A DNA stretch of 64,000 nt from Candidatus Cloacimonadales bacterium (GCA_963674825.1 OY771587.1:2624001-2688000), one strand, 5' to 3'. Positions 25,885-36,935 are shown, counted from the stretch's first letter. Notes: a model not told the origin generated them from the letters alone. Translations and numbers: made by a program.

Positions 25885-28509
25885 TCAAATCTTCTTCTGC
25901 AGTTCCATGAGGTATTGAAGTGCCTCAAAAGGTGTCATCTTGTCGAGTTCGAGGTCGCGGACTTCGTCGAGCACCGACTGCTTTTCCTCGGATTTCTCGT
26001 AGAGGATTTCGAAGATGTTGCGTTGCGGACTCTGCGAAGCGAGCTGTTTGCGCATTCGCGCGGTGAGTCCTTGGGGCGAGAGCTCGTGGGCCTCGAGGTT
26101 TTCGAGGATCTGTTTGGCTCTGCGGATCACTTTGTCGGGCATACCGGCAAGCCGGGCAACCTGGATACCGTAGCTCTGGTCGGAACCTCCGCGCTCGATC
26201 TTGCGCACGAAGACCATCTGGTCGTTCCACTCTTTCACGGAGACATTGAAGTTCTTTACGCCGCTAAGCACGTTTTCCAGCTCGGTAAGCTCGTGGTAGT
26301 GCGTCGCGAAGAGCGTCATGGCCTGCAAGCGCTTGATATTGTGGATATATTCGACGATGGACCATGCAAGGCTGAGGCCGTCGAAGGTGCTGGTTCCGCG
26401 ACCGATCTCGTCCAGCAAAATGAGCGAACGGTTGGTGGCGGAATTGAGGATGTTCGATGTCTCGATCATCTCTACAAGGAACGTACTCTGGCCCATAGCG
26501 AGGTTGTCGGATGCGCCGACGCGAGTGAAGACTTTGTCGAACACGGGCAGGCAGGCGGATGTTGCCGGCACGAAGCTTCCCATCTGCGCCATGACGGCGA
26601 TGAGCCCCACCTGACGGAGGTAAGTCGATTTACCGGCCATATTGGGGCCGGTGATGAGCGCGATCAGGCAGTCCTGGTGGTCGAGCGAAACATCATTGGG
26701 GATGAACGCCTCTCCATTAAGCAGCCTCTCCACAACGGGGTGCCGACTATCCACGATGTCCACCTTGCCTTCGCTGTTGAATACTGGCCGGCAATAGTTG
26801 TTGTGGTACGCGATCCAGGCGAGGTTGGTGATGAAATCGATTTCCGCGATGATGCCGACGTATTTTTGCATGCGCGGTGTTTGCTCAAAGACCTTCTCGC
26901 GGATCTTGAGGAATAGCTCGTATTCGATGTTCTGGATGCGTTCTTCCGCGCCGAGAACCTTCGATTCGTAGTCCTTGAGGTCGGGCGATATAAAGCGCTG
27001 GCTGTTGACCAGGGTTTGCTTGGCGATGTAGTGCTCGGGGACCTTCTCCGCATGGGTTTTCGTCACTTCGATGTAGTAGCCGAAGACCTTGTTGAAACCC
27101 ACCTTGAGGCTGGCGATACCAGTCTGCTCGCGTTCTTTCTGTTCCAGTCGGGCGATCCAGCCTTTTCCGTCCCGACTGATCTGACGAAGCTCGTCCAGCT
27201 CCTCATGATAGCCGTCACGGAAGAGATTGCCGTCTTTAATCTGGATGGGCGGATTCTCAACCAGCGCGCTTTCGATCTCGTTGATGATCTCCGAATAGTC
27301 GCTGATCTGCTCGACACACTCGGTAAAAATGTCGTTCTGGAAGCCTTCGAGCATGTTGATGAGCTGCGGCGCAGTGGAGAGATATGCTGTGAGCGATAGC
27401 ATCTCGCGCGGATTGATGCGCTGCGTCCCGGCCTTGCTGAGCAGGCGACTGAGGTCGCCGATAGTGTCCAGCAGTGTGCGGATGTCCTCTGTGAGGTGAA
27501 AGAGGTCTTTGCATTCGTACACAGCGTCGAGCCTGCGATCGATCTCCTTCTGGTGAATCAGCGGCTGTAATAGTCTATGATGCAGAAGCCGTGCGCCCAT
27601 TGGGGTCATGGTCTTGTCCAACACTCCGATAAGGCTTGCTTCGCGTGTGTTTGTTCGGAGGTTTTTGACCAGTTCGAGGTTTCGTCGCGAGGTCTCGTCG
27701 AGCTGCATGGCGTCCTCGATGGCGTAGCGACGCAGGGTTCTGACGTGCTTGAGGTCTGTTTTTTTAAGGGATGCAAGATAAGATAGGAGCAACCCTGCGG
27801 CGATGGTGCCAGGATCGTTATCTTTGGCTCCGAATCCCTCCAGCGTGCTGGTACTGAGCTGACTCATCAGAAGACTGGTAGCTTCGGCTGCATCGAAGAA
27901 ACCGTTTTCGTAATGGGTCAGTACCGGCTGATGCGCCAATCGCATGTCGTTGAGCGCGTGGATTAGCTCTTCGTCGAGTGAGACGATCTCCACGGGCTCT
28001 TTACGCATTATTTCGTCAGCGAGTTGAGTATCTTTGAGGACAGTGAAGTAAAATTCACCGGTGGAAATGTCGATCAGTGAAAAGCCGTAGTTCTTGCGCC
28101 GGGTGCCTGTGTAGATCGCAGCAAGGAAGTTGTTCTCCTTGCCGTCGATATACTGGTCGTCCACGATTGCGCCCGGTGTGATGATCTCTACCACTTCGCG
28201 CTTGACCAGTCCCTTCGCCTCCTTGGGATCTTCCACCTGTTCGCAGATTACCACTTTGGTGTTACTGCGGATGAGCTTGTCCATATAGCGATCAATGGCA
28301 TGATGAGGGATTCCCGCGAGTGGAACCGGGTTGTCGGACTTCCGGTCGCGTGCGGTGAGCGTAATGCCCAAAATTTTGGATGCTTTGATGGCGTCGTCGA
28401 AAAAGGTCTCGTAAAAATCGCCCATGCGGAAGAGGAGAAGCTTGTCGGGATGCATTTTCTTGATGTCCATGTACTGTTGAAGCATGGGTGTGAGCTTCTT
28501 CTCAGCCAT
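25885..28509 (-). CDS. mutS: DNA mismatch repair protein MutS
   Basis: TPMLQQY, FRMGDFYE, TGPNMAGKSTY, DEIGRGTST, ATHYHEL and SYGIQVA. Confidence 0.98.
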   Translation of the reverse strand: MAEKKLTPMLQQYMDIKKMHPDKLLLFRMGDFYETFFDDAIKASKILGITLTARDRKSDNPVPLAGIPHHAIDRYMDKLIRSNTKVVICEQVEDPKEAKGLVKREVVEIITPGAIVDDQYIDGKENNFLAAIYTGTRRKNYGFSLIDISTGEFYFTVLKDTQLADEIMRKEPVEIVSLDEELIHALNDMRLAHQPVLTHYENGFFDAAEATSLLMSQLSTSTLEGFGAKDNDPGTIAAGLLLSYLASLKKTDLKHVRTLRRYAIEDAMQLDETSRRNLELVKNLRTNTREASLIGVLDKTMTPMGARLLHHRLLQPLIHQKEIDRRLDAVYECKDLFHLTEDIRTLLDTIGDLSRLLSKAGTQRINPREMLSLTAYLSTAPQLINMLEGFQNDIFTECVEQISDYSEIINEIESALVENPPIQIKDGNLFRDGYHEELDELRQISRDGKGWIARLEQKEREQTGIASLKVGFNKVFGYYIEVTKTHAEKVPEHYIAKQTLVNSQRFISPDLKDYESKVLGAEERIQNIEYELFLKIREKVFEQTPRMQKYVGIIAEIDFITNLAWIAYHNNYCRPVFNSEGKVDIVDSRHPVVERLLNGEAFIPNDVSLDHQDCLIALITGPNMAGKSTYLRQVGLIAVMAQMGSFVPATSACLPVFDKVFTRVGASDNLAMGQSTFLVEMIETSNILNSATNRSLILLDEIGRGTSTFDGLSLAWSIVEYIHNIKRLQAMTLFATHYHELTELENVLSGVKNFNVSVKEWNDQMVFVRKIERGGSDQSYGIQVARLAGMPDKVIRRAKQILENLEAHELSPQGLTARMRKQLASQSPQRNIFEILYEKSEEKQSVLDEVRDLELDKMTPFEALQYLMELQKKI

Positions 28510-29553
28510 TTAGTACCTCTGTATCAGCAGCGAGTTGATTTGCTCGCCAGAAAGTTTTTGTTTGATATCCAACGCTTCGTCTTTGGTTCGATAGGGCCCG
28601 GTTGCGACGACATACAGTTGCTTGCTGTTGACGATCTTGGTGAAGGTGATGGATGGATAGCCGGCGGTGATCATCTGCCGTTTATAGCGGTCGGCGTTGT
28701 CCTGCGTGCCAAATGCGCCTACTTGAAGGTAGTATTTGAGTGCATTGTCCGGGATCGGTTCTGGCTCGGCAGGCTTTTGGGCATTGCTCGTGTCGAACGT
28801 TGTGAAACTGGTGACATCCACATCGGCTTTATTCTGATCATCGAGTTGGTGCAGCCTGTCTTCGGCGGTGTAGCAATACTGTGTGTAGCGATATTCGTTC
28901 ATGATCTTGCGATAGGCGTTGATCGCCATCGTGAGGTTGCCGAGCTTCTCCTGGCATTCGCCGATCTTTAGCCACAGCAGTGGGATATTGGAGATATCGA
29001 CTGAATTCCGCATCATATCGAGCGTCTTGAGCGCGGTGGAGTAATCGCCCTTGTTCATCTGCGCTGAGGCGATGGTGAACCAGGTGGATTCGATCTTCAC
29101 GCTGTCTGTTGCTTGAGAGATAAAGACCTGAGCGGAGCTTACAGCGAGATTGTATTTTCCGAGCCGTTCGTAGTTCTTGGCTTCCCAGTATGATTTCTCA
29201 ACCAATCCAGAATCTTTCAACCCCTTCAGAGCGGTTTCAGCTTGATTGTACTCGCGCTCAAAAAAGTTGATTTTTGCTACCTCCAGAAGCGCTAGTTTTC
29301 CGTAGTGCGTTCCGGGATACGATTCGAAGATCACTTGAAGCTTCGCCTTTTGATCGGATGGTGCAAGTAGCGCTTTGTAGTAAGCTGCGCAGGCTTTTTC
29401 AGCGTCGGAAACGACCGGATTGTCTATAAGCGTTTTAAGTTGCGAGAGGTTTCCGATGTTATATGCACTCTCGCAGTCCTGCACGAAATCGGCAAACACG
29501 GCGCGTACCGATAACAGTAGGAGCAGCGCGACTAAAATTCGATTGGATGCCAT
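28510..29553 (-). CDS. Periplasmic TPR + SPOR domain protein
   Basis: Signal peptide, TPR-like helices, and C-terminal YYLQVGAF...NA...GPY. Confidence 0.85.
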   Translation of the reverse strand: MASNRILVALLLLLSVRAVFADFVQDCESAYNIGNLSQLKTLIDNPVVSDAEKACAAYYKALLAPSDQKAKLQVIFESYPGTHYGKLALLEVAKINFFEREYNQAETALKGLKDSGLVEKSYWEAKNYERLGKYNLAVSSAQVFISQATDSVKIESTWFTIASAQMNKGDYSTALKTLDMMRNSVDISNIPLLWLKIGECQEKLGNLTMAINAYRKIMNEYRYTQYCYTAEDRLHQLDDQNKADVDVTSFTTFDTSNAQKPAEPEPIPDNALKYYLQVGAFGTQDNADRYKRQMITAGYPSITFTKIVNSKQLYVVATGPYRTKDEALDIKQKLSGEQINSLLIQRY

Positions 29554-29587
29554 AACCTTTCCGTTGTTTATTCGTGTGTACCGGTGT

Positions 29588-30778
29588 TCAAGCTTTCTTC
29601 CTGATGATCGCTCCGGTGACGGGCATTTTCTCGACAGGTAATAGAATCTTCGTGTTCGGGCGCGCGGAATCGGTTGAACTACCGTCCTCTTCCAGAATCT
29701 TCTCGACGTTGATCAAACAATCGTCAGCCATATTGGGTGCAATCATCTCGATTTCATCGTCGACAATGAACTTTGCGCGGCATTCAATTTCCATCAAGCC
29801 GTCGTTCCAGCCGGTGACTTCTCCCAGAAATTGGTAGTCCTGGATATAGGCTGCGGAAGGATAGTGTTGCGCACCGGTGGATGAAAACCCATCGATGAAT
29901 CCATGATAGTAGGGCCTGTGACTGACCTTGTCCAGCTCTTCGCGGAGCCTTGTGTCTGGCATTTCACTCCGTACCGCGGCGTCAATGGCGGCGCGATAGG
30001 CGCGCGTTACAGCGGCAGTGTAATAGAGGCTCTTCATGCGACCTTCTATCTTTACGCTGTCCAGACCAGCTTCGATCAGTTCCGGGATGCGGTCGATAAG
30101 ATTGAGGTCGCGCGAATTGAAGAAATATGTTCCGCGTTCGTCTTCTGTGACGGTAAAGGTCTCGCCCGGTCGTGATTTCTCCTGTAGCTGGTATTCCCAT
30201 CGACAGGGTTGCGTGCAGAGGCCCTGGTTAGCGCTACGGTCGTTCAGGAACGCGCTGATCAGGCAGCGGCCTGACCACGCGATGCACATCGCGCCGTGAA
30301 CGAACATCTCCAGTTCGAGCTTCGGGAGCTTTTGCTTGATCTCCCTGATCTCGTTCAGAGTCAACTCACGTGCGAGAATGATTCGGCTTGCCCCCATATC
30401 GTGCCAGAACTTCGCCGTTCGCCACGAGGTGACGTTGGCCTGCGTGCTGATGTGGGTGATTAGTCCTGCCTCTTTTGCAAGTGTGAATACGCCCGGATCG
30501 GAGACAATGACCGCATCGACTCCGATGCCCTTGAGGAATTCGAGGTAGGGTGGGAGCTCTTCCAGATCGTGGTTACGCGCGTAAATGTTTACGGTGACGA
30601 AAACCTTCTTGCCAAGACCATGCGCGAAAAGAACAGCCTCTTCGAGCTCGCGATCGCTGAGATTGACAGCTTTCGCACGCAGCCCGAAACGTCTGCCTGC
30701 GGTATAGACAGCATCCGCGCCGTAAAGCAGCGCAAACCGGAGCTTATCGAAGCTGCCGGCGGGAGAAAGAAGTTCCAT
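29588..30778 (-). CDS. U32-family Fe-S protein (TrhP/YegQ-like tRNA hydroxylase)
   Basis: ELLSPAG, GADAVY, HISTQAN, EMFVHGAMC...GRC...CTQPCRW and KIEGRMKS. Confidence 0.9.
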   Translation of the reverse strand: MELLSPAGSFDKLRFALLYGADAVYTAGRRFGLRAKAVNLSDRELEEAVLFAHGLGKKVFVTVNIYARNHDLEELPPYLEFLKGIGVDAVIVSDPGVFTLAKEAGLITHISTQANVTSWRTAKFWHDMGASRIILARELTLNEIREIKQKLPKLELEMFVHGAMCIAWSGRCLISAFLNDRSANQGLCTQPCRWEYQLQEKSRPGETFTVTEDERGTYFFNSRDLNLIDRIPELIEAGLDSVKIEGRMKSLYYTAAVTRAYRAAIDAAVRSEMPDTRLREELDKVSHRPYYHGFIDGFSSTGAQHYPSAAYIQDYQFLGEVTGWNDGLMEIECRAKFIVDDEIEMIAPNMADDCLINVEKILEEDGSSTDSARPNTKILLPVEKMPVTGAIIRKKA

Positions 30779-32038
30779 TTACTGGCTCATGATGTTCAGG
30801 AATTCATCGTTGTTCTTCGATTGCAGCATTTTATTGCGCAATGTCTCGATTCCCTGATACGGGCTCATGGTCTTTAAGAATTTACGCATGACGAACATGC
30901 GGTTGATTTCGTTTTGAGAAAGAAGCAGTTCTTCGCGACGAGTACCTGATTTGACAAGGTCGATTGCCGGGAACAGACGAAGATCGCTGATGCTGCGGTC
31001 GAGAACCAGTTCCATATTACCGGTGCCCTTGAATTCTTCGAAGATCACCTGATCCATGCGGCTTCCGGTATCGATCAGCGCGGTTGCGATGATGGTCAGC
31101 GTACCAGATTCGAGCGTGTTACGGGCAGCGCCGAAGAACTTTTTCGGGCGATGCAGCGCGTTGGCATCGACACCACCGGAAAGAACCTTGCCGCTGGAGG
31201 GCTGCTGATTGTTGTAGGCGCGTGCCAGGCGGGTGATACTGTCGAGCATAATCACAACGTCTTTGCCCATTTCGACCATGCGCTTCGATTTTGCCAGAAC
31301 CATCTCTGCTACCTGGATGTGGTTGCGCGGGGTTTCGTCGAAGGTTGAGGCCACGACCTCGGAATTGGCAGGGATCAGCGTGCGACGCATTTCGGTCACT
31401 TCTTCCGGGCGTTCGTCAACGAGCAGCACGATCACGTAAACTTCGGGATGATTGGTCAGGATGGCGTTGGCGATATTCGCCAGAAGGACGGTTTTACCGG
31501 TTCTTGGAGCAGCCACGATCAAGCCACGCTGGCCTTTGCCGATCGGAGTGAAGAGGTTGATAATACGAGTGGAGATGTTCTTTTTATCGGTTTCCAGATT
31601 AAGCTTCTCTTCCGGGAAATACGGGGTAAGCGAATCGAAGTTCCTCACTTCTGTGACCATATCCGGTTTTTCGTAGTTAACCATGTCCACGCGCAAGAGA
31701 GCGTAATATTTCTCGCCTTCTTTAGGGGAACGTACTGGGCCGGATACGATATGACCTTTTTTCAGGTTGAAGCGACGGATCTGCGTGAGTGATACATAAA
31801 CGTCGTCGCGACCGGGGTTGTAATTGTTGTGCTGGAACCGGAGAAAGCCGTAGCCATCGTCCATGATTTCCAGACAGCCGGTTACGAAAGCGAGGCCTTC
31901 CTGGCCTGCGAGCGCTTCGAGCACCTTGAAGATCAGCTCGTTCTTGCGAAGGGTTGTCATAGAGGGAATCTCGAGTTCTGTGCCGACCTTGCGCAGTTCC
32001 TCGATTGTCATTGAATAAATATCTTCAGGAATGTTCAT
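30779..32038 (-). CDS. rho: Transcription termination factor Rho
   Basis: [38 protein letters not shown] and [10 protein letters not shown]. Confidence 0.98.
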   Translation of the reverse strand: MNIPEDIYSMTIEELRKVGTELEIPSMTTLRKNELIFKVLEALAGQEGLAFVTGCLEIMDDGYGFLRFQHNNYNPGRDDVYVSLTQIRRFNLKKGHIVSGPVRSPKEGEKYYALLRVDMVNYEKPDMVTEVRNFDSLTPYFPEEKLNLETDKKNISTRIINLFTPIGKGQRGLIVAAPRTGKTVLLANIANAILTNHPEVYVIVLLVDERPEEVTEMRRTLIPANSEVVASTFDETPRNHIQVAEMVLAKSKRMVEMGKDVVIMLDSITRLARAYNNQQPSSGKVLSGGVDANALHRPKKFFGAARNTLESGTLTIIATALIDTGSRMDQVIFEEFKGTGNMELVLDRSISDLRLFPAIDLVKSGTRREELLLSQNEINRMFVMRKFLKTMSPYQGIETLRNKMLQSKNNDEFLNIMSQ

Positions 32039-32178
32039 CTGAATTCTCCTTTAATGCCGCCGGTCCAATCTGTTGAAATCCATACGGCCTGATTCGCTTG
32101 TAACATGATATGCTTTCATTTATCTTTCACTATAATTGTACGACACCTGAACCAGTCACACCCTGCGAAGAAAATGTG

Positions 32179-33558
32179 TCAAGATTTTTTGGGACGATAT
32201 ACCATTCCAACCGCATACGCCACAACGCTCAGCATCAATCCGGGGAAGAACGGCTCGATTCCAAGAGGGTAGGAAGCCCAACCATCCACTGCATTCACCT
32301 GACCCATCACAAACCATCCCGTGGAGAGCAGGAAGCTTCCGAGCATGACCAGGATCGTCGTGAGGTTCGGCAGGCGCAGCTTCGGAAAATAGGCTGCCAG
32401 CAGCACCGGTAACATGGGTGGAAGCGTGAGCGAACCGAGATTGTACCACATATCGATGATGGATGGGAAGAGGTAGATCAAGCCAATCGAAATCAGCGCG
32501 GTGACAATCAGCCCGATTTTAACGGCGCGGTTGATTTTACCCGGTTTCTTTGGTGCGAAGATATCCTTTCCCAGCGTGATAGCCGAGAGAAATGTGAAGC
32601 TGTCGATGGTTGACATGATGGTGGCGAGTAATCCACAGAAGAAGACACCCTTGAAGAGCGGCGGCAGGATCTTCACTGCGAGCTCTGGATAGGCGGTCTG
32701 AGCATCGGCGAGATTTGGCACCAGCACCAGTGCGTAGAGTCCAGTGGTCATGGTGAGCATGTCGAAGAAAAACCAGAAGCCGATGGATGTCAGTATGCCA
32801 CGACGGGCCGTACGTGTGTTCGATGCGGCAGTGACCCGTTGATGAAATCCGGGATCGATGAAAGTCCAGGATGCGATGAGGAACCACACCGCGAGTTGCT
32901 GCCAGCTTATGCCACCAGTAGGATCTTTATGGCTCGAGGGAAGCTGCTGCCAAAGTCCGGGCAGGCTTAGCTCGCGCATTGCGAAAATGAGGATCAGCAT
33001 GAATCCCAGGAACATGAAGACGAACTGAAGCTTGTCCGTCCCGACGATCGACCGGAATCCGCCACGCCACACATATGCCACTGAAATGGTGATGCCGATG
33101 AGCAGGCAAAGGAAGAACGGAAGGTTGAACAGCGTACGGAGCAAGATAGTCAGCATCAGGATGTACGGAGCGGGGGAGACGAGGATGAATACAAAGAACG
33201 CGCCAATTTTACTGACCTTCGAGGAAAAAGCGTCTTGTAGCATTTCAGGAATTGAGAGGCTCTGGCTCTTACGGATGCGCGGTGCCAGGAAGAACGCATA
33301 TAAGGCTGCGAAGAAATAGTAGGGCAAACCGAACACGAACCAGTTGGATATCCCGTATTCGTAGGTGAACTGCCCCACACCCAGAATTCCACCGTACCAT
33401 GTCGTAACGAGTGTAGCGACCATCGCCGGAAGGGTGAGTTTGCGACTCCCGAAAAGGTATTCTTCACTGTCGCGACGGTCAGATCGATGCCTGAACCCAA
33501 TATAGAGCAGCGCGATCAGGTAGATTGCAAACGGTATGTAGAAGGAAATCGATTCCAT
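32179..33558 (-). CDS. Sodium:solute symporter family transporter
   Basis: About 13 TM segments; ATLVTTWYGG, GGFRSIVGTD, DPGFHQR and LATIMSTIDS. Confidence 0.9.
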   Translation of the reverse strand: MESISFYIPFAIYLIALLYIGFRHRSDRRDSEEYLFGSRKLTLPAMVATLVTTWYGGILGVGQFTYEYGISNWFVFGLPYYFFAALYAFFLAPRIRKSQSLSIPEMLQDAFSSKVSKIGAFFVFILVSPAPYILMLTILLRTLFNLPFFLCLLIGITISVAYVWRGGFRSIVGTDKLQFVFMFLGFMLILIFAMRELSLPGLWQQLPSSHKDPTGGISWQQLAVWFLIASWTFIDPGFHQRVTAASNTRTARRGILTSIGFWFFFDMLTMTTGLYALVLVPNLADAQTAYPELAVKILPPLFKGVFFCGLLATIMSTIDSFTFLSAITLGKDIFAPKKPGKINRAVKIGLIVTALISIGLIYLFPSIIDMWYNLGSLTLPPMLPVLLAAYFPKLRLPNLTTILVMLGSFLLSTGWFVMGQVNAVDGWASYPLGIEPFFPGLMLSVVAYAVGMVYRPKKS

Positions 33559-33723
33559 TATTGTGTATCCTCTGTTTTTTTGCAAGAGTCGAAATTATAT
33601 CGTAAGAGTCTCGATGTCAAACGATATCGGAGATGTCTATCGAATTGCTTGACCTTTTCATTGCGCCCTACATTTTTGGAATGAAAATTGTTACGAATTC
33701 AAAAAAAATGTATGGAGCAATGA

Positions 33724-34152
33724 ATGGATCGAGTTCCTATTTACTATATCAGCCACGGTATCGCGACGGTTGCGTCAGTTCTGATCGTGCCGTGGATCGC
33801 ATACGGTCTCGCGATAGTGTTTGGTTTCCCAGTGACCGGTATGATGCGCCGGATGACCGGAACTGAAGACAGCAAGACCATCGACGTCAATTTCATCATG
33901 CTGGGCGGATGCCTGCTCGATGGCTTGGTGGGTGTTCTGTTGACGATTGGTGTGTTTACAATCTTCCGTTTTCATACCCCGATGCGAATGGTGTTCATCC
34001 TCGCATTGGCCAAGACGGTCTATACCGTATGGCGCCATGATATCCTGGGCATGAAGTCAGATGAGATTTTCAAGGAAATCGCGCACTTGTTCCTGTATTA
34101 TGGTGGATTATTTCTGGGCGCGCAGCTTTTCCTTACGAATATTCCAAAATAA
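33724..34152 (+). CDS. Hypothetical membrane protein (about 4 TM)
   Basis: GGAG RBS and hydrophobic segments; fills the gap between neighbouring genes. Confidence 0.6.
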   Translation: MDRVPIYYISHGIATVASVLIVPWIAYGLAIVFGFPVTGMMRRMTGTEDSKTIDVNFIMLGGCLLDGLVGVLLTIGVFTIFRFHTPMRMVFILALAKTVYTVWRHDILGMKSDEIFKEIAHLFLYYGGLFLGAQLFLTNIPK

Positions 34153-34155
34153 CGA

Positions 34156-34605
34156 TCAGGAATCGCCGTTTGGATTGTTGAGAATCAGATGGTGAATTCC
34201 CTTTTGTGCAAGGATGGCGATTGCTTCCTTGCTACCGAATAAACCAGCTTTTTTAAGGCATTCGATCTCCTGATCGTTGCCTGTAATCTGATAGCATTTC
34301 GCCAGGTTGATATACAGCTTGGCGATTGTTTGTTTAGGGTACTGCTTCTCAATAGCGAGATCAATCGACTTCGAGAGCGCTGCGACAGCATGCTTGGTAT
34401 CACGGATCATCCAGTATGCTGTACCGAGATTAGCCCAGATGTTTACCTTCTCGTATTCCATCGATGGCAGGATGTCGGTTGCTTTTTGCAGCGCTGCCAA
34501 CATTTTACGGTATTCAAGGATTGCGCTTCTGAAATCACCTGACTCCAGAAAATGGTTTGCGGACTTAAACAGGTCGTTGTACTGCGTTACATCCATCGAC
34601 GCCAT
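34156..34605 (-). CDS. Tetratricopeptide repeat protein
   Basis: WANLGTAY...A...LSKSI and YINLAKCY...CLKKA; AGGGG RBS. Confidence 0.75.
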   Translation of the reverse strand: MASMDVTQYNDLFKSANHFLESGDFRSAILEYRKMLAALQKATDILPSMEYEKVNIWANLGTAYWMIRDTKHAVAALSKSIDLAIEKQYPKQTIAKLYINLAKCYQITGNDQEIECLKKAGLFGSKEAIAILAQKGIHHLILNNPNGDS

Positions 34606-34723
34606 GTAGAAACCCCTTTATTGATAGTGCTTATGTCCTGTACCATGTACATGTTAATATAAACTATCTCAAAAAGAGGGGAAAAGCAAACAACTTCTTT
34701 ATCGTTGGAACTTTACGATTCAT

Positions 34724-35152
34724 TTAGTCGGATTTTGCATCTATATGGATCGTTTTCAACGGGCTATCGATGATGAAGCTCGCAGCTTTGAATTTGGGCG
34801 GTCCGAATCCTGGCCTGACATTGTTCGAGAAATAGACCGGTTCTTGCGGAATGCCCAATTCGTTTGATTTCAACTTCCCATCTCCGTCGATATCGTGGAT
34901 AATCGCGATCGCGTATTCTCCGTATGGAATGGGGCCGAAAAAGACCTCCAGTGAGTCAGAATCCACTTTGGTCATGAGAGCTTTTACGCGCGTTTCTCCT
35001 GTGCCGGGGAATCCCGCGGGACCGTTGTGCAACGAGAGCATCAGATTACCTTCAATTGGTTCCAGGCCTGAAATGGTGACGGTGAGTGTCCCAGTCTCGG
35101 CGAAGATGAATGATACCAGAATCAGCAGAATGCAGGTCGCTATACCTTTCAT
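34724..35152 (-). CDS. DUF2141-family secreted protein
   Basis: GEYAIAIIHDIDGDGKL..N.LGIPQE..FSNN...FGPPKF. Confidence 0.88.
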   Translation of the reverse strand: MKGIATCILLILVSFIFAETGTLTVTISGLEPIEGNLMLSLHNGPAGFPGTGETRVKALMTKVDSDSLEVFFGPIPYGEYAIAIIHDIDGDGKLKSNELGIPQEPVYFSNNVRPGFGPPKFKAASFIIDSPLKTIHIDAKSD

Positions 35153-35175
35153 TTCGGAAACTCCTTTTAGTAGAT

Positions 35176-35206
35176 AAAAAAGGAAGCCCCGTTGAACGAG
35201 GCTTCC
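35176..35206 (-). terminator. Intrinsic terminator of the adhesin/PorP-like operon
   Basis: GGAAGCC...GGCTTCC stem followed by a T run on the minus strand. Confidence 0.75.
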
Positions 35207-35240
35207 GATTAGTCATTATCGATCCCCACCTGGATGGGAA

Positions 35241-36935
35241 TTATTCTTCGTCTTTCTTCTTCTGTCGCTTTGCCGCGATGATGAACATGACAATCACGCC
35301 GATCACTGCGAGTGCGATTAGCACGTACCAGATCCAAGACATCGACGGTTCTTCCGGTGCCGGTGCCGGCGGTACGACGACCACTGTATCGACAGGCTCG
35401 ATGACCGGCTCTACGATCACAGGCTCTTCCACAACTTCCTTCACGACCGGTTTCGGTCTTGGCTTGCGTACCGGCTTCGGTTCCGGCTTGGGCTCTTCAA
35501 CCACTTCAACGACTTCCGGCTCGTAAACCGCGCCCTTGAAGAGTGAGCTCACGCTTTCTATGTTGTTTCCCTTCTCGACGATGCGAAGCTGATATTCGTA
35601 CTGATTCTCTTCGTCGTCCGGCATCAGTTCCATCACATCCCACGTGTATTCGTAGGTTTGATCCAGGCCATCCTGTGCTACCGACTGTGTAATCGGCTGT
35701 GCGTTCAGGCGAGCTTTCTCAGCACCGTTTTCGAAGAGGTAGATATCGAACTCAGGATTTTCGATCGTCGATACCCATTCGAGCACTACCTTGTCTTCGT
35801 TCCAGATCGTATCCGGAAGTGCTGCGACCTTGATTTCGCGGATGCGACGTGTGATGTTGATCTGGTCTTTGACCGGTTCGCCCAGCGCGCCTGCCACTTC
35901 GATGGTGATCAGGTTGTCGCCGATGTTCAAGTCGAAGTTATCTACGAAGTGTTTACCGTCATATTCGCGCACGTTGTTGCGAATCAGGATGGGATTGCCG
36001 TTTACGAAGGCGCGTACATAGTCGTAGCGCTTCTGGCCTTCTACGTGGAAGTCGATCCGTTCTTGTTCGTCCAGGGTCTCGTATCCGCCCAGCGCCCACC
36101 GGTTGTCGGTGTAGATGATGCTGGGTGTTTCGGAAGACTGCGGAGCGTAGGTCACGAATACACCGTAGTTGGTGCTGTTGATCTCGTCTTCGTAGTAGTA
36201 ATCGTAGTTGAACATGACATCCCAGTAGTTGAGGGTATTGATCTCCGGAGCAATGGAGACCTTTTCCGCGGAGCTGGTGACGTTTGTCGTGAAGAAAGGC
36301 GTAGGAAGGCTCACGCCGACCGAAACACCATAGTAGTCCTCATCCCCTTCGTGCATGTAGAACGCGCCAAGATTGAGGTATTTCTTCACCTGCCAGTCAA
36401 CTTTTGCCAGTGCCTTCATCGGCAGCTTGTATTCGTAATCGGTGTTTGCCATGGAGACATCGGGTCGGTTCAAGTGGAACAGACCAACGCCAACGTTCAG
36501 GCGGTCGTCGAAGAAGTTACCGTGCAGCGAAGCTCCGAAGGTCGGAACCAGAATGCTCGGGTCGTCCAGATGCTCTTTCTCGCTGAAGATCAGGTTGTCT
36601 TCGCTGTAGTCGCGGTAGATGATACCGGCAGAGACGGCAGCTGTGAGGAACGATGTCACCCGATAGCCCGGGCTGACGCTGAATGTGTAGTTCTTATAGA
36701 CATCATCCTGAAGTCCCGTCACGTCCGCTTCGATAGAGAAACGATTGTAAACGGGAACGTTGACCATCATGCCCAACTCGTGGAAACCGTCGTCGAAGTT
36801 CGAGAACGTCTTCTGATAATAGGTGCTGAGCTTGAAATAGTTACCACTCATTTCAGAGGCGGGGATGAAACCGTCAAAGGCAAGCAGTACTGCCAGGATG
36901 GCGACGAATGTGAGAGCTATAATCGTGCGTTTCAT
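35241..36935 (-). CDS. PorP/SprF-like beta-barrel fused to two Ig-like domains, a Pro/Glu/Lys linker and a C-terminal TM helix
   Basis: Signal peptide; amphipathic strands with GVGLFHLNRPDVS...KLP; EPKPEPKPVRKPRPKP linker; WIWYVLIALAVIGVIVMFIIAA-KRQKKK. GGAGG RBS directly after the adhesin stop. Confidence 0.7.
   Translation of the reverse strand: MKRTIIALTFVAILAVLLAFDGFIPASEMSGNYFKLSTYYQKTFSNFDDGFHELGMMVNVPVYNRFSIEADVTGLQDDVYKNYTFSVSPGYRVTSFLTAAVSAGIIYRDYSEDNLIFSEKEHLDDPSILVPTFGASLHGNFFDDRLNVGVGLFHLNRPDVSMANTDYEYKLPMKALAKVDWQVKKYLNLGAFYMHEGDEDYYGVSVGVSLPTPFFTTNVTSSAEKVSIAPEINTLNYWDVMFNYDYYYEDEINSTNYGVFVTYAPQSSETPSIIYTDNRWALGGYETLDEQERIDFHVEGQKRYDYVRAFVNGNPILIRNNVREYDGKHFVDNFDLNIGDNLITIEVAGALGEPVKDQINITRRIREIKVAALPDTIWNEDKVVLEWVSTIENPEFDIYLFENGAEKARLNAQPITQSVAQDGLDQTYEYTWDVMELMPDDEENQYEYQLRIVEKGNNIESVSSLFKGAVYEPEVVEVVEEPKPEPKPVRKPRPKPVVKEVVEEPVIVEPVIEPVDTVVVVPPAPAPEEPSMSWIWYVLIALAVIGVIVMFIIAAKRQKKKDEE

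Noticed and set aside
33559..33723. TPP or other riboswitch upstream of the sodium:solute symporter
   Set aside because: No conserved riboswitch core was recognisable in this short divergent intergenic region.
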